Assembly: GCF_006345805.1 (NCBI RefSeq)
Contig: NC_043007.1
Coordinates: 11,842,001-11,906,000, forward strand
Direction: 5' to 3'
Source: Octopus sinensis
Lineage: Eukaryota
Length of the DNA stretch: 64,000 nucleotides
Both the position numbers and the translations under genes were made by a program. Below, one piece after another: positions 39,681-52,554 of the stretch; position 1 is the first letter of the stretch, and each line of letters starts with the position of its first letter. A model generated the notes under the pieces. The model had not been told where the DNA came from. It was given only the letters and a program-made list of their open reading frames with translations, and ran no database searches.

Positions 39681-40907
39681 ACATCTTCACCTTCTCCTTC
39701 TCCTTCGCTTTGCCTTCTTTATATCTTCAGCTTTCTGGTTTTGACTTTCTAACTTCTTCATCTCTGCATCATACTGTTCGGCTGACACCATTTGTATTAA
39801 AACTTCCTCCTTATTCCAACCTTTCCCATTCTGTCCCTTGTCCCCTCCATCACCACGTGTTCCCATTGTATCAGAGCCATAAAGTTTGTTCCAGTCTGTC
39901 AGCCACCCATCCAAACTATTGTAGTCCTGTCATCATTACAAGATTGTTATCATCTGTTTTATCAAAGTTTCTTCTTCCTCATTATCGCATTAAATAATAT
40001 TTTATGTACTCACTTACCTGACCACTTGACCAGCAGAGTCCATTCGACTGGAGGTGTGTGTGTGTGTGTGTGTGTGGAGGTTGGGGGGGGGGGGAACTAT
40101 TGTTCTCAGTTCCAGTTCAGGTTTTATACACCAGCTGAATAAAATGCTGGCATTTCCAGAAAGTTCTTAAATGTATTCATTCTTCTACAGCAGTACATAT
40201 TTCATTACCTTACCATATTCTCTGAAATTTCCACTGAAGCGAATAATATGGTTTTTCAAAACGGTTTAAAGAAAAACTTTTTAAGAAAAAAAAAAAATGG
40301 GAAAAAAAAAAAAGATGAATTGGTTTTGAATTTTTACTTTTATAAGGAAAAAAAAAAAGAAATTATTGATGTTTACATTGCAGATTTTGTTTTGTATTTC
40401 AGCTTAATGATTATTTTCAACCAGAAATCAATAACTTATTTGAAAGTGGAACTTCGCAGTATTCTTCAGCAAAAATATTATGAGAGTAGCATTAGTATAT
40501 GTGAAGTTTATTGAGAGAGAAAGTCTGTTGTTTGGTCTAGTGATCTCTGTGGAAATCTTTCAACTGGCACCAGTTTTTCATTCATTACCGTTTCCTCTTC
40601 ATCTCTGAAACGTTCTATCCACTTAACTTACCAGCTTAAAATAGTTTCCTTTTAGAAGCGAATCAAACAAAAGACTTATTTTGAACAAGTCTTTGAGATG
40701 TAGTGAAAATAATGTGCTATGTTCTGTGTTAATCCAGATTATATATATATATATTTTTTTATATATGTATATATATAAATATGTATATATATTTATATAT
40801 ATAATATATATATAAATATGTATATATATATATATGTGTATATGTATATATATATGTGTATATATGTATATATATATGTGTATGTATATATATATATATG
40901 ATATATA

Positions 40908-40958
<51 letters not shown>

Positions 40959-41539
40959 ATATATATGTGTGTGTGTATATATATGTATGTGTATATATGT
41001 GTGTGTGTGTGTATATATATATATACACACACACAAATTCACAAATAGAAGGTGTAAAAGACAGTGAAAAAAAAAATTTTTTTTAATAGAATTTTAAAAA
41101 ATAGTAAAACAGAAATTTTAAAAAAAATTTCAGGCAAGCAAACAAAACAAAAAAAAATTGCTGGAATTTAATTGAACTATTTTTGTCAGGAAATATAAGA
41201 AGACAAGAGACAAAGGAGGAGAAAGGCAACCCCCCCACCCCCGTTGTTGTTGTTGTTGTTGTTGTTGTCATCTTGTGATTGTTATAATTAGAATAACTTA
41301 GTATTGGAGATTGGTGGTATGATAAGTAATTATTGATGGTGAAGGAGGTTGGGCGTTTGTTGAGCTACATTTAACTCTGTGTGTGTGTTGAAGAGAGACA
41401 ACCAACAACTGCGAGGTGTTGTGGTTGTGGTTGTGGTAGTGGTGGTGGTGGTGGTGGTGGTAGTGTTGGTTGTGATGATGACACACTTGCCTTGACAATT
41501 GTTTATCTCGTTATTCAGTGAAGCATTCATGATGTTTTG

Positions 41540-41548
41540 TGTGTGACA

Positions 41549-41621
<73 letters not shown>

Positions 41622-41638
41622 TGTGTTGTGTGTGTGTG

Positions 41639-41701
<63 letters not shown>

Positions 41702-41799
41702 TGTGTGAGTGTGTGTGTGTGTGTTTTGAGGGAGAGAGGGAGAGAGAAGTCAATCAGAATAAAAACAGTTCTATGTTTGTGTGTAACTCTGTGTATGTA

Positions 41800-41831
<32 letters not shown>

Positions 41832-42392
41832 GAAGACACTGTGGGGGGAGAGGGAGACACTGTGTGGGAGGAGAGAGAGAGAGACTTTGTATGTGTATGT
41901 GTGAGAGAGAGAGAGAGAGAGGGGGAGACACTGTGTATGTATGTGTGCGTGTGAGAGAGACAGAGAGACTTTGTGTATGTGTGTGTATGTGAGAAAGAAA
42001 AAGAGAGACAATGTGTGTGTATTTGTGTGTGTGAGAAAGAGAGAGACACTGTGTATATGTGTGAGAGAGAGGGGGAGAAAGAGGGGGGCAGTGAGAGAGA
42101 ATGCACCCTGAATAAAAATGTTGTATGTGTGTGTGTTTGACAGTGTGTGTGTGAGAGAGAGAGAGAAAGAGAGAGACTCTTTGGAGGTGGGAGAGAGACT
42201 GTGTGTGTAAGAGAGCCTGAGAGAGAGAGAGAGAAATAATCCAGAATAAAACAGCTGTATGTGTGTGTGTGTGTGTGTGTGAAACAGTGCATGAGTGTGT
42301 TTAGAGAAGCCATCCAGAAGAAAAACATTTCTCTATATGTGTGTGAGAGACTCTGTGTGTGAATGATTCTGTGTGCGCGTGTGTGTGTGTGT

Positions 42393-42423
<31 letters not shown>
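41540..42423. repeat. (GT)n/(GA)n compound repeat
   Basis: Direct inspection. Confidence 0.9.
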
Positions 42424-42424
<1 letters not shown>

Positions 42425-43348
42425 TATGTAATGGTGAATTCCACCCAGATAAACACGGACGTGGGCATATGGCTATTTAGGTGTTCAAATAGAATTTGCA
42501 TGCACACTAGCAAAGCAAGCAGTTTAAACTCTTACTCTGTCTCTATGTGCAGTTGCATGCATATGCACACTTTAGCAAATGCAGTAATCCAACCATTCAT
42601 TACATCTGTTTTGTTTAATAAGCCACCACCATAGGTTGGTGGCGAGGAGTAGCTTTATAAGTTTAGACATTTCTATATGAAGAGTGAGAAGAAGCATTTT
42701 CACAGTTGGGTGGATGCCTTCTCCTATTGCTAACCGCTCAAGCTTAAAGTAGGAATGAGATCTGAAGCATGAAGAGTAATTGTCTTATCTCCAAAGATAT
42801 CCATCGTAATGGTTCTAACAGGATTTGATCTCATGACAGTATTTAATAATCCAGCTTTTTGTACATCATATGTTTGTTTTTTTTTATGAAATATATTTTC
42901 TTTTTATCTTTTACTTGTTTTTGGTTATCAAACTTTGGCCATGCCGTGGATGGTGGGGACACTGCCTTTGTAAGGTGGGGTGGGGTATGGAGTTGTTAGT
43001 CACAGAAATCAACCCTAGCACTTGTCTATTTTTTGAGTCTGATACTTACTGTTTTATTGGTCTCCTTAGCAAAACTGTTAAATTACAGGGTTGTAAACAA
43101 ACCAACAACAGTTGCCAAGTGGCAGAGATGACAAATACATGCACACACACACACATCATCATTATCATCATCGTTTAACGTCCGCTTTCCATGCTAACAT
43201 GGGTTGGACGATTTGACTGAGGTCTGGCAAACCAGACCCCAATCTGATCTTGCAGAGTTTCTACCACTGGATACCCTTTCTAACGCCAACCACTCTGAGA
43301 GTGTAGTGGGTGCTTTTACGTGCCACCGGCACAATATATATATACATA

Positions 43349-43532
43349 CAGGCTTAGTCAAAAGTAGCACCCTGTTTCTGAGAAGTCTTGCCTTTCTTTG
43401 TTGTTTTGCAAGTTATTACTGACAGTTTTGAAAGTCACTAAATCTGGATCCTGTATCATATTGCTAATACTCTTTGATACTTCAACCCATAAAACAAGAA
43501 TTGGGAGACAATGGTACCTCCCATTTGGGAAG

Positions 43533-43570
<38 letters not shown>

Positions 43571-43611
43571 ACCCCAAAACAGGAATTGGGTGCTACTTTT
43601 ACCTCACCCTC
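43349..43611. mobile_element. putative Tc1/mariner-type MITE
   Basis: TA-CAGGCTTAGTCAAAAGTAGCACCC ... GGGTGCTACTTTTACCTCACCCTC-TA, imperfect TIRs. Confidence 0.45.
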
Positions 43612-44851
43612 TATATACAACTGGCTTCCACACAATTTCCATCTACCAAATCCACTTTCAAAGCATTGTTCGGCTCCAGAGCTATAATAGAAAACACTTG
43701 CCCAAGGTTCCACACAGTGACATTGAACCCAAAACCACATAACTGCAAAGCAAGCTTCTTATTAATAATATTTTCTACTCTAGGCACAAGACCCAAAATT
43801 TTGAGGGAGGAGGCCAGTTGATTAGATCAACGCCAGTACACAACTGGTACTTAATTTATCTACCTTAATGGAATTTGAACTCAGAACACAAAGACAGATG
43901 AAATACTTATTTCTTTACTACCCACAAGGGGCTAAACACAGAGAGGAAAAACAAGGACAGACAATCAGATTAAATCGATTATATTGACCCCAGTGTGTAA
44001 CTGATACTTAATTTATCGACCTCGAAAGGATGTAAGGCAAAGTCGACCTTGGCGGAATTTGAACTCAGAACATAGCAGCAGACGAAATACCGCTAAGCAT
44101 TTCACCCGGCGTGCCAATGTTTCTGCCATCTCACTGCCTTCTTATTAATAATCAAATATCAAGATGTTATTTTGGTGTCTGTGTATAATCAATAACATGT
44201 TATCTGCCATTAAATTACAATCAAGGTATTATCTGAATGACTACTGCTAAAATATATTCAGCCCTATTTTATAGTAATTTGAGGTTAAATTGTTATATTT
44301 AACCCTTTAGCATTTAAACCACTCATATCCAACCCAAATATTCTACCCGTGTTATGTTCAATCTGGTCGGATCAGGCCCCCTCATGCTTACCCTACAATG
44401 TCATTCTAAAAATAAGCAATGACATCATTGAAATTTCAAAGTAACAACATGAATAAATAAGGCTTTACTTTTGACAGAGTAAAAGATAAAAGAGTAAAGA
44501 TCCCACATCAGTCATGAACGACCATACGATTGCACCTAGAAAGTTCCCCTCCGAGGAACAAGTCCAGGCAAGGTTGTTTATGGATGGCCAGCAGTCACCC
44601 ATGCATGACAGCCTCCCCTCTCCATGCCACTGATGTTATCCAGTAGAAAGGCAAAGGCTAATACAGGTTGGTACCAGTGACGTTGCAACTCATTTCTATG
44701 GCTGAGTGAACTGGAGCAATGTGAAATAAAGTTTCTTGCTCAAGAACACAACACACAGCCCAGTCCAGGAATCAAACTTACTACCTGATGATTGTGAGCC
44801 TGACACTCTAACCACTGAGCCATGCACCTTTGACAGTATTTTGAATAGTAA

Positions 44852-45365
44852 TCTATCTCTCTATCTATCTAGGTCATCCCACAGAATGCCCGAAGACTGT
44901 TTCCACCTGTTTTTCCCTTTCATCTCCATCTTCCATAATGGTCCTTAGCTTCTGTACCCTTTCCATACTAGTATCCTCCAGCAAGTTGTCGATATAAGTC
45001 GTCTTCCTCCTTCCTCTCCTGGTTCTTCCTTCCGTTGGTTGCCAGAGTACTAGCTTGTGAGCAATTTCATCAGTGTGTCTGATGCAGTGTCCAGCTAGCC
45101 TCATTCTTCTATGCTGTATCTTCGATGTTACTTTTGGTAGTCCCTGGTATAAGTCGGCGTTTGTTGTATGACTCTTCCAGGAGACATTGAGTGCCATTCT
45201 AAGAATCCTCGTATAACAACCGTCCATCTGCTTCTTCAATGCTTTAATGAGCATCCATGTTTCAGCCCCGTATAGAAGACCAGACTCCACTGTTGCCAGA
45301 AACAACCTCACTTTCAATTTCCTCACTAACTTTGAACTCCGTACCTTTCTCAATTTATGGCATGC
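44852..45365 (-). mobile_element. RTE-clade LINE 3' segment
   Basis: KVRLFLATVESGLLYGAETW..DGCYTRILRMALNVSWKSH..RRMRLAGHCIRH..RRGRRKTTYID; (TAGA)-like tail at 44852-44871. Confidence 0.9.
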
Positions 45366-45787
45366 ACTCCTGATGGAGAGATGGAATACTTTGAAGTCAG
45401 AGCCTGAGTATTACAAAGCAACACGCCAATACCTTATCTCTTCGCCATCATTCTGAACTATGCAATGCGTAGAATGTATGAGGGCAAGGAAGAAGAACTG
45501 GGATTCAATCTGCATAGGCAAAGAGGTAGACGGCATCAGGCAGTAACAGTAACTGACCTAGACTATCCTGATGACCTGGCATTACTAACAGAGAGGACAG
45601 ATCAGGCACAGGAGGTGCTGAGCAGATTAGAGCAGGAATCGGGGTAAGATAGGTTTGTACTGTAATGCAAAGAAAACAGAGCTACAAGTATTCAACCACG
45701 AAATCCCTGTGTCAGAGAAAGTGAGAGATGGTAAATCACTGAGGGTAGTTGGAAATTTCAGATACCTTGGTGCATGGACACAAAGTA
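45366..45787 (+). mobile_element. RTE-clade LINE reverse transcriptase core, inverted relative to the 3' segment
   Basis: Decayed RT motifs: PDGE..YFEV..(G)VLQ..PYLFAIILNYAMR, DLDYPDDLALL (YADD box), GLYCNAKKTE, FRYLGAW. Confidence 0.85.
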
Positions 45788-46416
45788 TTGAATGGTAAAG
45801 GGTTAAATTTAATGGTGGAAGATGCCTCACAATTGAATACCAGGGTTTTAACTATCATTGTATCCTCATCTGTTCTGGTCCAACCAAATACTTTTCACTA
45901 TTCTGCTGTACTGATTCTTATTGTAGACCATGTGTAAGGAACAGGCCCCAAATAAACTGGGAATGAAAATTATACCTGACATCAAGCTTAATTAATTTAT
46001 TTATTTATTTATTTATTCATTCATTCATTCATTCATTCATTTATATATACTAGGTTAGAATGAAAGTCCTATCACATTTCAAGATGGGAAAAGAACAAAT
46101 GTTTCTTTGGACTTAATTGATATATTTAATCTAAATAATATTCCACCCACCCACCCTGTTGTTGATAATCTGTTTTAAAGACCTACTTTCGAATAGCAGT
46201 CAAGGGCTGTGTGGTTAAAAGTTTCCTTCCACACCATGTGCTTCCAAGTTCAGTACTACCACAAAATACATTTGGCAGCTGTTTTGTACTATAACCCCAG
46301 GTCAACCAAAATCCTGTGAAAGGATGTGGTAGGCAGAAACTGAAAGCAATCTGTTGTACATACATACGTACATACATACATACATACATACATACATACA
46401 TACATACATACATACA

Positions 46417-46486
<70 letters not shown>

Positions 46487-46488
<2 letters not shown>

Positions 46489-46745
46489 ATAATTGGAGCA
46501 CTAGGTTTTGTTAGTAAATGCTTAAAGGAGAATCTGGATAAACTGGGATTTCCAGAAAGGGAAATTGACCAGCTGATTCGTACATTACAAGTTCAATCTG
46601 TGAGTGGAACAGTAAAAATATGCAAGACTTTTCTAAAATTCCAAATATGAATTTGTCTGTGTTAACTACATCTCAAAGATGGAGCCTTGTATCTTTGTTG
46701 GAAACTGGCTCCCTCCTCAGTGGAAGATTTATAATAATTAATAAA
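46487..46745 (+). mobile_element. RLE-clade non-LTR retrotransposon extreme 3' end
   Basis: IIIGALGFVSKCLKENLDKLGF..IRTLQVQSVSGTVKICKTFLKF resembles the C-terminus of RLE-type ORFs; ends in TAA repeats. Confidence 0.55.
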
Positions 46746-47050
46746 TAGAAGAGACACACATGTGTGTGTGGGTCATCATCATTCATCATCATTCATCATC
46801 CATTTTCCATGCTGGCATGGGTTGGATGGTTTGACAGGAGCTGGCTAGACTCCAATTTTCTGTTGTGGCCTGGTTTCTACAGCTGGAGACCCTTCCTAGA
46901 GACCAACCATTTTTAGAGTATGCTGGATACTTTCTATGTATGTTTATGCAGCATGAGTGCATTTTATGTGGTACCAGCATATGTAAAGGACAAGTCTGTG
47001 TGTATGGATAACAGTGATTTTACTTAGCTTGACCTGTCTTCTCAAGTATA

Positions 47051-47111
<61 letters not shown>

Positions 47112-47114
47112 TAA

Positions 47115-47314
47115 ATGTGACCGCGTGTGTATCGTTGGCAATTTTTTTCCTCCGTCTTCCCTTCTTTGGATCTTTCCTTTTCCTATGTTTCTGACAAAGA
47201 ACTCCGCTCGAAACGTTAAACCCTCCTTCTTTCCTGAGCGTCCAATAACACTATACTTGTTCCATGTCCTCATATTTTGTTTTCTCTTTGTGTTTTCATG
47301 TTTGGATTAACTAT
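47115..47314 (+). mobile_element. short hammerhead-bearing element (motif 47187-47221, G8 decayed)
   Basis: GTTT-CTGACAA-A-GAAC-TCC-GCTC-GAAAC-GTT-AAAC; between CA/TA tracts; inverted homologue at 48825-49037. Confidence 0.6.
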
Positions 47315-48824
47315 ACACACACACACATATATATAGGCATAGGATTGGCTGTGTGGTAAGCAGCTTGCATACCAACCACATGGTTCTGGGTTTGGTCCCA
47401 CTGTGTGGCATCTTGGGCAAGTGTCTTCTACTATAGCCTCAAGCCAACCAAAGCCTTGTAAGTGGATTTGATAGACATAAACTGAAAGAAACCTGTTGTA
47501 TATATATGTATAGATATATGTGTGTTGATCTAATTGACTGGCCCCCTCCCCCAAAATTTCAGGCCTTGTGCCTAGAGTAGAAAAGAATATATGTGTTTTG
47601 TTTATTCACCAGTTTTAACCCCAGTGTAATGAGGGAGTTGAATTTGAAACAATATCATTATTGTCGTTAAGGTTGTTAAGGTAGAGAGCTGGCAGAATTG
47701 TTATCCCACCGAGCAAAAATGCTTAGTTGCATTTCATCTATCATTACATTGTGAGTTCACATTCCACCGAGGTCATCTTTGCCCTTTGTCCTGATGGGGG
47801 GGGCTCAATGAAACAAGTACCATTTGAGCAATGGGTTTAATGTAATCGACTTGCCCCCACCCCGATAATTGCTTGCATTATTACCTTTCTCAGAAACAAG
47901 AGGCGGGTTGTTGGTAACAGCAGTTGTTGGTGACATCCAGTTAATTTCTTTTTTTAACCAAGAGGTTGAGAAAAAGAGGGGACGATACGAGGACAGACAA
48001 AACAAACATTGGGGTTAGGGTATCAAAGAATGAGACGTCCAGTTAAAGGCAATCTGCCACCAATGAATCTCATCTGGCCTCTTGCAAGCATTGGGAAATG
48101 ACTGTTAAAACAATGGTGGTGGTGGTGGTGGTATTGGCGGCGGCGGTAGTGTGGTGGTGGTGGTGGTGGCAGCGGCGGCAATGGTGATGGTGGCGGTGGC
48201 AGCAGCAAGGATGGAGTTGTTGTTGTCGGTGGTGGTGGGGTGTGTGTGAAATAGGGGAGTTAAGCAAATTGAAAATTTATCTAGGAATTATGGCCACAAG
48301 GGATGATTAACAGGAAATTATTATGATGTCACTTAAAGAAAATGTAAATGAAGAAATAAAGAGTAATGTGTTCAAAACGAAAGTAGACATTGTCTAATAT
48401 AAATTATATGACTGGAGGGCTGGAAGGACTAGACTAAAACAAGTAACAGAAAATAATCAACAATAAAACATGAAACAGAGAGGAGAACAAAATATTTTGT
48501 GAATTCATTTTTTTAAGAATGTCATGGCTGTGTGGTAAGAAGCTTGCTTCCCAACCACATGGTTCTGGGTTCAGTCCCACTGCGTGGCACCTTGGGCAAG
48601 TGTCTTCTACTTTGGCCTCGGGCTGACCAAAGCCTTGTGAGTGGATTTGGTTGATGGAAACTGAAAGAATCCTGTTATGTGTATATTCAGTTGTAGAAAC
48701 ACTGCCAGATCTGACTGACCTGGTGCAGCCTTCGGGCTTCCCAGACCCCAGTTGAACCTTCCAACCCATACTAGCATGGAAAGCGGACGTTAAATGATGA
48801 TGATATATATATATTATATATGTA

Positions 48825-49072
48825 TATAGTTAATCCAAGCATGAAAACACAAAGAGAAAACACAACAACGCGAGGACATGGAACAAGTATAGTGTTATTG
48901 GACGCTCAGGAAAGGAAAGAAAGAAGGAGGATTTAACATTTCGAGCAGGGCTCTTCGTCAGAAACATAGAAAATGGAAAGGTCCAAGGAAAGGAAGACGG
49001 AGGTAAAAAATCGCCAACAATACACATGCGGTCACATATTGAATGACCAGAAGGGAATGGGTGAAGAAAAGG
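48825..49072 (-). mobile_element. short hammerhead-bearing element (motif 48931-48965)
   Basis: Minus strand GTTT-CTGACGA-A-GAGC-CCT-GCTC-GAAAT-GTT-AAAT; flanked by TA tracts. Confidence 0.65.
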
Positions 49073-49104
49073 TATATATTAATATATATATATATATTAT
49101 ATAT

Positions 49105-49139
<35 letters not shown>

Positions 49140-50029
49140 CACCGTGATCACCGTGACCGACCAGGCTATCAGATGTTGCTACACATCGCTGGTCACAATG
49201 CGCTTCGCATTGTTTTAGCCTTCAAATGACGCCACCCTGCTGGCTAAGCGAGCAGGCCAGTATATATGTGTGTGTGTGTGTCATTTGTCTGTGTTTGACT
49301 CCCCACCACCATTGCTTGACAACTGATGTTGGTGCATTTACGTCCCTTTAACTTAGCAGTTCAGCAAAAGAGACCAATAGAATTAGTACTAGGTTTACAT
49401 AGAATAAGTCCTGGGGTTGATTACTTCAACTAAAACCCTTTAAGGCAGTGCTCCAGCTTGGTTGCCGTCGAATGACTGAAACAAGTACAAACATAGAAGA
49501 ATATTAAAGAAAAAACGCAGCAAGCTGGCAGAAATGTTAGCACGCCGGGCGAAATGCTTAGCCGTATTTTGTCTGCCGTTACGTCCTGAGTTCAAATTCC
49601 ACCAATGCATACTTTGCCTTTCATCCTTTCAGGGTCGATAAATTTAGTACCAGTTACGCACTGGGGTCAATGTAATCGACTTAACCCGTTTGTCTATCCT
49701 TGTTTGTGCCTTCTATGTTTAGCCCCTTGTGGGTAGTAAAGAAATATATATATTTAAAAAAACATTATGATTTATATGCAGTGGAAGTCTGGTATATATT
49801 ATAACAACAACAGCAACAGCAGCAACATGGTTAATTTATCTCGTGACCTTAAAATTTATATGATACAGTTTGCTATAATGTGTAGAGATCGAAACAGAGA
49901 ATGCAATGATGGTGTGTTTTAAAAACATATATTGTGGCCCGAGAACTTACGCTTTAGCATCATCCGTCTTCAGACTCCATGTCTGAATTATTGCTGCAAA
50001 CAGATTTATGAGATCTGCCTGCTTTAATA

Positions 50030-50204
50030 ATGACAATGATGAGGATGGTGGTGGTGGTGGTTGATGATGATGATGATGATGACGATAATGGCAATGATGA
50101 TGATAGTGGTGGTGGTGGTGGCAGTGCGGCGATAGTGACGATGATGGCGACGATGATGATGATAATGGCGATGATGATGGTGATGATGATGACGATGGTG
50201 ACGA

Positions 50205-50235
<31 letters not shown>

Positions 50236-50338
50236 TATAATAGTAACAACTACTACTTCTACAATTATTTTGCTGTTGTTGTTGTTATTGTTAACACCAT
50301 CATTATTATCAATATTACGATCATCATCATCAACATCA

Positions 50339-50385
<47 letters not shown>

Positions 50386-50440
50386 TATTATTATTATAAT
50401 GCTTATTCTTATTATCATCATCATCGTCATCATCATTATC
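50030..50440. repeat. compound trinucleotide microsatellite (GAT/GGT/AAC/TTA)
   Basis: Direct inspection. Confidence 0.9.
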
Positions 50441-51174
50441 TCTAATGCGTGTGAGAGACTAAGAGAAAAAGAAAAGGATAAACAATAATAATAGGCTAAA
50501 AAAAAATTTTTTTAATAAAAAAAAGAAAGAAGGCAAGAAAGAAAGAAAAAAACAGGAACGAGTGAATATTGTCTGTTGTATATTGCCTGAATTGAAATAA
50601 AATAAACTTTTTTGATGTGGGGTAATAATTTAGTCACGTTAAACACAGTGGAGCTATCAAAGCCTATTATTTTTCCCCTATAATGTAAACACACTCACAT
50701 TCACAGAGACAGTATATTTTATGAAAGTTTATTATTTTTTCTTCCATTTAAGCACACACATGCAAACACGGTTTATATTACTGGCCAATATTTTCTACAA
50801 TATTTCGATATTATTTCATTAAACTTGCAGCTTCTATGAAATCCAAAAGCTGCAAGTCTCCTCTGTATTATTATTACAACTGAAAGCTGACATAAGCTTG
50901 ATCAGCAGATATTAATGTGTAATAAATAATAAACTCGTTGTTCCGCAAGATCACATGAAGGTATTTATTTATTTATTTTTCGTTTTATTTGTTTCAGTCA
51001 TTTGACTGCGGCCATGCTGGAGCACTGCCTTTAGTCGAACAAATCGACCCTGGGACTTATGTTTTGTAATTCTAGTACATACCATATTGGTCTCTTTTTT
51101 ATCAAACCGCTAAGTTATGGGGACGTGAACACACTAACATCAGTTGGAAAGTGATGGTAGGAGGACAAAAACAA

Positions 51175-51208
<34 letters not shown>

Positions 51209-51699
51209 GAAAGGTTTCTTTCAGTTTCCGTTTACCAAATCCACTCTCAAGGCGTTGGTCGGCCCAAGGCTATTGTAGAGGACATTTGCCCAAGATGCCA
51301 CGCAGCGGGACTGAACCCAGAACCATGTGGTTGGGAAGGAAGCTTCTTATTTCTTTATTGCCCACAAGGGGCTAAACATAGAGGGGACAAACAAGGACAG
51401 ACAAAGAGATTAAGTCGATTACATCAACCCCAGTGCATAACTGGTACTTAATTTATCAACCCCGAAAGGATGAAAGGTCAATAAATTAAGTACCAGTTTG
51501 ATCAATTTGTGACTATATTAAATGCGTTTTACCCAAGGTGTCATGCAGTAGGAATGAACCCAAGACGACATAGTTGAAAAGCAAGTTTCTTAACCACACA
51601 GCTACGTCCATGCCTAAGCCATAAACCCTATCCACACCTAAATCTGTGACAAATAATACATAATATAAGTTGTATTAAATTTATATTAAATATTATTAC

Positions 51700-52385
51700 A
51701 TGTGCCGGTGACACGTAAAAGCACCATCCGTTCATGTTCGTTGCCAGCCTCACCTGGCCCCCGTGCCGGTGACATGTAAAAGCACCATCCGTTCGTGGCC
51801 GTTTGCCAGCTCTGTCTGGCCCCGTGTCGGTGGCATGTAAAAACACCATCCGTTCGTGTCCGTTGCCAGCCTCACCTGGCCCCCGTGCCGGTGACACGTA
51901 AAAGCACCATCCGTTTGTGGCCGTTTGCCAGCTCCGTCTGGCCCCGTGTCGGTGGCACGTAAAAGCACCATCCGTTTGTGTCCGTTGCCAGCCTCGCCTG
52001 GCCCCCGTGCCGGTGACACGTAAAAGCACCATCCGTTCGTGGCCGTTTGCCAGCTCTGTCTGGCCCCGTGTCGGTGGCACGTAAAAGCACCATCCGTTCG
52101 TGTCCGTTGCCAGCATCGCCTGGCCCCATGCCGGTGACACGTAAAAGCACCGTCCATTCGTGGCCGTTTGCCAGCTCTGTCTGGCACCTGTGCAGGTGGC
52201 ACGTAAAAAGCACCCACTACACTCACGGAGTGGTTGGCGTTAGGAAGGGCATTCAGCCGTAGAAACACTGCCAGATCTGACTGGGCCTGACGAAGCCTTC
52301 CAGCTTCACAGACCCCAGTTGAACCATCCAACCCATGCTAGCATGGAAAGCGGACGCTAAATGATGATGATGATGATGATGATGT
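51700..52385 (+). mobile_element. family C element with expanded internal array (~8 x 60-61 bp, alternating A/B)
   Basis: Repeated ggtgRcacgtaaaagcaccatccgttcgtg...; ends gcggacgctaaa(tga)n. Confidence 0.85.
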
Positions 52386-52554
52386 AGATGTACTAAAGCC
52401 AAAGAGGAGTGGATGTGTGGTAAGTAGCTTGCTTGCGAACCACATGGTTTCGAGTTCAGTCCCACTGCGTGGCATATTGGGCAAGTGTCTTCTACTCTAG
52501 CCTCGGGCCGACCAAAGCCTTGTGAGTGGATTTGGTAGACAGAAACTGAAAGAA

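Larger units (their letters stand above)
44299..45806. mobile_element. piggyBac-type MITE hosting a nested SINE (~44478-44830) and an RTE LINE
   Basis: TTAACCCTTTAGCATTT at left and GAATGGTAAAGGGTTAA at right; homology to 9635-10205. Confidence 0.65.

Noticed and set aside
51700-52200. CRISPR-like repeat-spacer array
   Set aside because: The intervening segments are themselves repeated, the array lies inside a eukaryotic retroposon, and no cas genes are present.
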